This document shows positions 1-2,676 of a stretch of DNA of 2,676 nucleotides, piece after piece. This DNA is from Escherichia coli (lineage in GTDB: Bacteria > Pseudomonadota > Gammaproteobacteria > Enterobacterales > Enterobacteriaceae). Made by a program: the position numbers and the translations under genes. Each line of letters starts with the position of its first letter. Positions within the stretch are counted from its first letter, which is position 1. The notes under the pieces are model-generated. The model had not been told where the DNA came from. It made no database searches and saw only the letters and a program-made list of their open reading frames with translations. Location of the stretch: NCBI RefSeq assembly GCF_003334355.1, contig NZ_QOWP01000072.1; one strand, given 5' to 3'.

Positions 1-394
1 TTTCTTCCGCCTCCCGGATCCGGAACAGTTTTTCTGCTTCCGTATCCTTCACCCAGGCTGTGCCGTTCCACTTCTGAAACTCCCCTTCCGGCGATAACCA
101 GGTAACATTTTTCGGTAACGGACCGAGTTCAGAAATAAATAACGCGTCGCCGGAAGCCACGTCATAAACCGTTTTACCCCGATGATCTTCAACGAGATGC
201 CACGATGACTCATCACTGTTGAAAACAGCCACGAAGCCAGCCGGAATATCTGGCGGTGCAATATCGGTACTGTTTGCTGGCAGACCTGTATGAGGCGGAA
301 TATATGCATCACCTTCACCAATAAATTCATTAGTTCCGGCCAGCAGATTATAAATTGTTATGGTCCGTGGTTGTTCACTCATTCTGAATGCCAT
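1..394 (-). CDS. tfa: Tail fibre assembly protein / fibre chaperone (Tfa family); 3'-partial (first 131 codons, 394..2, plus one base of the next codon; C-terminal part outside window)
   Basis: ATG at 394..392 on the minus strand. Hand translation gives [131 protein letters not shown] with no stop down to position 2. From memory this is near-identical to the N-terminal domain of lambda Tfa and E. coli prophage Tfa paralogues. Sits directly 3' of stf with a 1-nt overlap. The track's 49..330 minus ORF is a different frame of the same DNA. Confidence 0.93.
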   Translation of the reverse strand, partial: MAFRMSEQPRTITIYNLLAGTNEFIGEGDAYIPPHTGLPANSTDIAPPDIPAGFVAVFNSDESSWHLVEDHRGKTVYDVASGDALFISELGPLPKNVTWLSPEGEFQKWNGTAWVKDTEAEKLFRIREAEE

Positions 395-2676
395 TATGCA
401 AGCCTCACAATATAGTTAAATGCGATGTTTTTGACGGTGTTTTCCGCGTTACCAGCAGCGTTAACGGTGATGGTGTGTCCATGTGAGCCAATCGCAACGG
501 AGTGCGTATGAGCACCAATACCGACAGTATGTGCGTGTGCACCTGCGCTTGCAGCAGTACCCGATACAGAGTGCGTATGAGCGCCTGCAGAAGAAGTGTT
601 AACACTGTATTTAGAATAATCAGGTGATCCACTTCCCGGAGCACCACTGGAACCACCTGAAACAAATGTCATCGAATGGGTATGTGCACCGGCTGAAGCA
701 GCCGTACCGCTAACACTATGGGTATGTGCACCAGTGTTATTCGTGGATTTAGTGCCGTAATCAAACGATGATGTGGTTTTCGTCCCCAAATCCGTACTGG
801 ATGCGCTGGCGCTGTGGGTGTGCGATTTAATGCCGTCCTGTTCCTGAGACAATACGGCACGACCACTGGCGGGCTTGCCCTTAATCGTCCAGCCACGCAT
901 ATCAGGAATAACGCCTGACGGATAAGCCACTGCAAGTTTCGGGTATGCAGATTTGTCAAAAGTCTGCCCCTGCATCAGGGCATAGCCAGACGGAACGGTA
1001 TCTGATGGCCACGGGATTGGTGCGCCGACTGGGTAGCTTTCTGGTGGAAGATTTTTCGAGGTATAAACTTCTGCCCAGTCATCCTCAAAACCATAACCGT
1101 CTCTTGAAGAACGGTAGAACAGACCACCATTTCTGTAATGCGCCTTCATCTGCAGGGTCCGGCAACTTCCGACTCCGGTATAGAAGTTAACCAGAATATA
1201 GCTGTCGCCAGAGCGAGTGACATTGTAAGCGCCTGATTCGGCATTCCATGGAACGCCACCATCCGCATCGGCATATGTATCCGTTGCCCTTCTGGCAAAA
1301 GCAGCCACATGCGCGGCGGTTAAAGTAATATCTTTGGAACCATCAAACTCAACACCAGAAACCCGTCTTGGCGTTTGCAGCTTTGTTGCTGTTAATGCAT
1401 TACCGTTCAGACTTGCGGACAGTTTGGTTCCAATAACCAGTTCGCCGGTTGCGTTATCAATAGCAAACGGTCTTAATGTATTCCAGCCACCATAAACATC
1501 ACCTTGATTGGTAAGCAGCAGGTAAGTTTTAGCGCCATCATTACGCCATAATGCACCATACTCTCCACCTATCATTCGAATCTGATTACCACCACGCGCT
1601 ACAATTTCGTCTGTGGCAAAAAGTTTTTTGCACGACAAGTTATCGTTAACGATTAACGAATGAGACTCATAAAAACCACGCCCACTCTTAAAATCAAGGA
1701 TAACGTCCGCCGCGATACATTCAGTCGCTGGATTTGTTGCCCCAAACTTATAGGTCGTATCATTAACAACGAGATCAGCACCAGGTGCGGATATTGACAG
1801 GCCATCTTCGATAAACGCAAAAACAGGGAAAGCAGCGCCATCAACATAGAACACAGAGCGCAAATCATCGCCCTTATTACTCATCATTATTGAGTGGATG
1901 GCTCGTTCATTGTTTTGATATTGCCAGAACATTCCATAAGCATAACGCCCCCTGTCAGTCCAGCCACCAGGCATAACAAATCCATTAAACTCGCAGTTAT
2001 TCATCGGATCGCCTGCGGTTCGCGTTGCCGTGGTGATAATGACCCTTGATGCCAGTTCGCTTACTGAGCCAGCAGAACGCATAACAACAACAGGGTAATA
2101 TTTTCCAGATGTTGCACCTGCAGGAGCGTTAACCCGCACATAACGCATACCACGCTTATCAGCAAAGTCTGTTTTACTGACCGCGTTAATGTTGTTCAGG
2201 AAGCGTCCCTTATCGGGTATATCAGCGCCGTTCTGGTCTTTCTGCAGACGTTTCTCTGCATTGTCATAGGCTGATTTTACTGCCTTTGGCGTTGCCGCCA
2301 GCGTTTCAGACGTACTGTTGGTCGCACTGCTGAGCTGTACTATCCCCTTTTTCGTCGTGCTCGCATCCTCAAGCGCCACGGCGGATGCAATATCCTCTGC
2401 CCGTTTTGCTGCTGTCTCGGCGCGCGTTGCCGCGGATTCCGCCGTACTTTTGCTCTGAGCTGCCGCTGCCGCACTGCCAGCAGCCTCTGTCGCCTTCGTG
2501 GATGCCGTCGTGGCGCTGCCCTTCGCTGCTGACGCCTGTCTGGTCGCCTCATCTTTTGAAGCAGACGCAGATGATGCCGATGACGCTGCCGAACTGGCGG
2601 ACGATGCGGCTGCCGTTTTTGAGGATTCTGCACGGGTTTCCGACGCTTTCGCGTTCGTTTCGGATGTCTTCGCTGC
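394..2676 (-). CDS. stf: Side tail fibre protein, lambdoid Stf family; 5'-partial (N-terminus beyond window end 2676); 760 sense codons in window plus stop TAA at 396..394
   Basis: Hand translation of the minus strand from 2676 down is continuously open in one frame to TAA at 396..394. The track's 661-aa ORF (394..2379) is this frame cut at an internal GTG; upstream in frame reads [46 protein letters not shown]... with no stop or start codon. Contains the conserved tail-fibre motif [30 protein letters not shown], a collar-like motif ([39 protein letters not shown]) and a C-terminal HxH array ending ...[11 protein letters not shown]. Followed immediately by tfa, the canonical stf-tfa order. 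Family call is from recalled similarity to lambda/Rac-type Stf, not a search. Confidence 0.93.
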   Translation of the reverse strand, partial: AAKTSETNAKASETRAESSKTAAASSASSAASSASSASASKDEATRQASAAKGSATTASTKATEAAGSAAAAAQSKSTAESAATRAETAAKRAEDIASAVALEDASTTKKGIVQLSSATNSTSETLAATPKAVKSAYDNAEKRLQKDQNGADIPDKGRFLNNINAVSKTDFADKRGMRYVRVNAPAGATSGKYYPVVVMRSAGSVSELASRVIITTATRTAGDPMNNCEFNGFVMPGGWTDRGRYAYGMFWQYQNNERAIHSIMMSNKGDDLRSVFYVDGAAFPVFAFIEDGLSISAPGADLVVNDTTYKFGATNPATECIAADVILDFKSGRGFYESHSLIVNDNLSCKKLFATDEIVARGGNQIRMIGGEYGALWRNDGAKTYLLLTNQGDVYGGWNTLRPFAIDNATGELVIGTKLSASLNGNALTATKLQTPRRVSGVEFDGSKDITLTAAHVAAFARRATDTYADADGGVPWNAESGAYNVTRSGDSYILVNFYTGVGSCRTLQMKAHYRNGGLFYRSSRDGYGFEDDWAEVYTSKNLPPESYPVGAPIPWPSDTVPSGYALMQGQTFDKSAYPKLAVAYPSGVIPDMRGWTIKGKPASGRAVLSQEQDGIKSHTHSASASSTDLGTKTTSSFDYGTKSTNNTGAHTHSVSGTAASAGAHTHSMTFVSGGSSGAPGSGSPDYSKYSVNTSSAGAHTHSVSGTAASAGAHAHTVGIGAHTHSVAIGSHGHTITVNAAGNAENTVKNIAFNYIVRLA
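403..407 (-). promoter_or_regulatory. Probable Shine-Dalgarno element for tfa (TGAGG) inside the last codons of stf
   Basis: Minus strand upstream of the tfa ATG reads TTGTGAGGCTTGCATAATG: GAGG at 406..403 lies 8 nt upstream of ATG (394..392). The stf stop TAA (396..394) shares its last A with the tfa ATG (TAATG). Confidence 0.5.
472..825 (-). repeat. Protein-level repeat array within stf: seven His-X-His motifs (SHTHS, AHTHS x4, AHAHT, SHGHT) in Gly/Ser/Ala-rich context; predicted metal-binding fibre-tip (needle) region
   Basis: Direct translation of the last 143 codons of stf: [10 protein letters not shown]...[27 protein letters not shown]...[66 protein letters not shown]. Visible on the + strand as recurring gtgcgtatgagc / atgggtatgtgc motifs. 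This is a sub-region of the stf CDS, not a separate gene. Confidence 0.75.
826..1041 (-). other. Collar-like segment of Stf ([63 protein letters not shown]), immediately N-terminal to the HxH array
   Basis: Direct translation. The pattern (aromatic/Ala-rich stretch followed by IPDMRG-W-KG) resembles the 'phage tail collar' motif recalled from T4-type and lambdoid fibre proteins. The domain call is from pattern memory only. Confidence 0.4.
2263..2352 (-). other. Conserved tail-fibre motif ([30 protein letters not shown]) shared among tail fibres of otherwise unrelated phages (P2 H, Mu S, lambda Stf, T4 gp34/37 class)
   Basis: Direct translation. From memory the motif closely resembles the conserved segment described in comparisons of P2, Mu, lambda and T-even fibre genes. 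Position is within stf, just C-terminal of the Ala/Ser-rich segment. Confidence 0.55.
2380..2676 (-). repeat. Ala/Ser/Thr-rich low-complexity segment of Stf (includes the [12 protein letters not shown] motif and a [15 protein letters not shown] tract); presumed extended fibre shaft/linker
   Basis: Hand translation of the same frame as stf: [97 protein letters not shown]. The DNA is GC-rich and dominated by GCN/TCN/ACN codons. Sub-region of the stf CDS. Confidence 0.7.

Noticed and set aside
162-180. Imperfect dyad cataaaccgttttacccc with faint resemblance to Gin/Cin/Pin-type invertase crossover half-sites
   Set aside because: Poor palindrome, wrong spacing relative to the recalled 12-2-12 gix/cix architecture, and located inside the conserved part of tfa, not at a constant/variable fibre junction. 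Most likely coincidental.
49-330. 93-aa minus-strand ORF (track ORF)
   Set aside because: Out-of-frame reading inside tfa. The tfa frame gives a recognisable Tfa N-terminus starting at the ATG overlapping the stf stop.
472-825. Recurrent short DNA motifs (gtgcgtatgagc / atgggtatgtgc) that could be taken for a tandem repeat or CRISPR-like array
   Set aside because: They are the nucleotide reflection of the in-frame AHTHS protein motifs. Spacing is irregular, the repeats are short and imperfect, and they sit inside a continuous ORF.
405-1868. Track ORFs 405..665 (-), 669..959 (-), 945..1190 (+), 1653..1868 (-)
   Set aside because: All lie wholly inside stf in other frames or antisense, have low-complexity or hydrophobic nonsense-like compositions, and no supporting signals. 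Treated as chance ORFs.
394-2379. ORF-track boundary implying the tail fibre protein starts at 2379 (661 aa)
   Set aside because: The codon at 2379..2377 is GTG (Val) inside a continuously open frame. Translation upstream to 2676 has no stop and gives the Ala/Ser-rich fibre shaft sequence, so 2379 is an internal codon and the true start is outside the window.
2340-2633. 97-aa Arg/Gln-rich ORF on the minus strand (track ORF)
   Set aside because: It is an alternative frame of the GC-rich Ala/Ser-coding stf segment; the extreme Arg/Pro/Gln composition is the expected out-of-frame reading of GCN/TCN-rich DNA. No independent start context, and it overlaps a well-supported gene.
1-2676. Possibility that the window holds a novel defence, toxin or other accessory system, as the prompt suggests
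   Set aside because: Both strands are fully accounted for by two overlapping structural genes of a phage late operon with recognisable conserved motifs. No unexplained intergenic space, no additional plausible ORF, no RNA-gene or repeat-spacer signature. Claiming a new system would not be supported by the sequence.

Overview
The whole window is explained by two adjacent minus-strand genes of a lambdoid (lambda-like) phage or prophage late region: the 3' ~2.28 kb of a side tail fibre gene (stf-like, 394..2676, open to the window edge, N-terminus outside) and the first 131 codons of a tail fibre assembly/chaperone gene (tfa-like, 394..1, C-terminus outside). The two genes overlap by one base (stop TAA / start ATG as TAATG). 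I translated both frames by hand: the Stf frame has no stop from 2676 down to the TAA at 396..394, and the Tfa N-terminus reads [74 protein letters not shown]..., which from memory is near-identical to phage lambda Tfa. The visible part of Stf runs: Ala/Ser-rich low-complexity segment, conserved tail-fibre motif ([28 protein letters not shown]), a ~400 aa central domain, a collar-like motif ([23 protein letters not shown]), then a C-terminal array of seven His-X-His motifs. I see no rRNA, tRNA, CRISPR array, transposase, integrase, toxin or defence gene, and no evidence of a previously undescribed system; all other ORFs in the six-frame track are alternative-frame artefacts inside these two genes. 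The observations worth a second look are all within the tail fibre gene: protein-identical repeats that are synonymously recoded in DNA, the HxH metal-site array, and an intact frame where laboratory lambda carries a frameshift. Family assignments rest on recalled sequence, not a database search.
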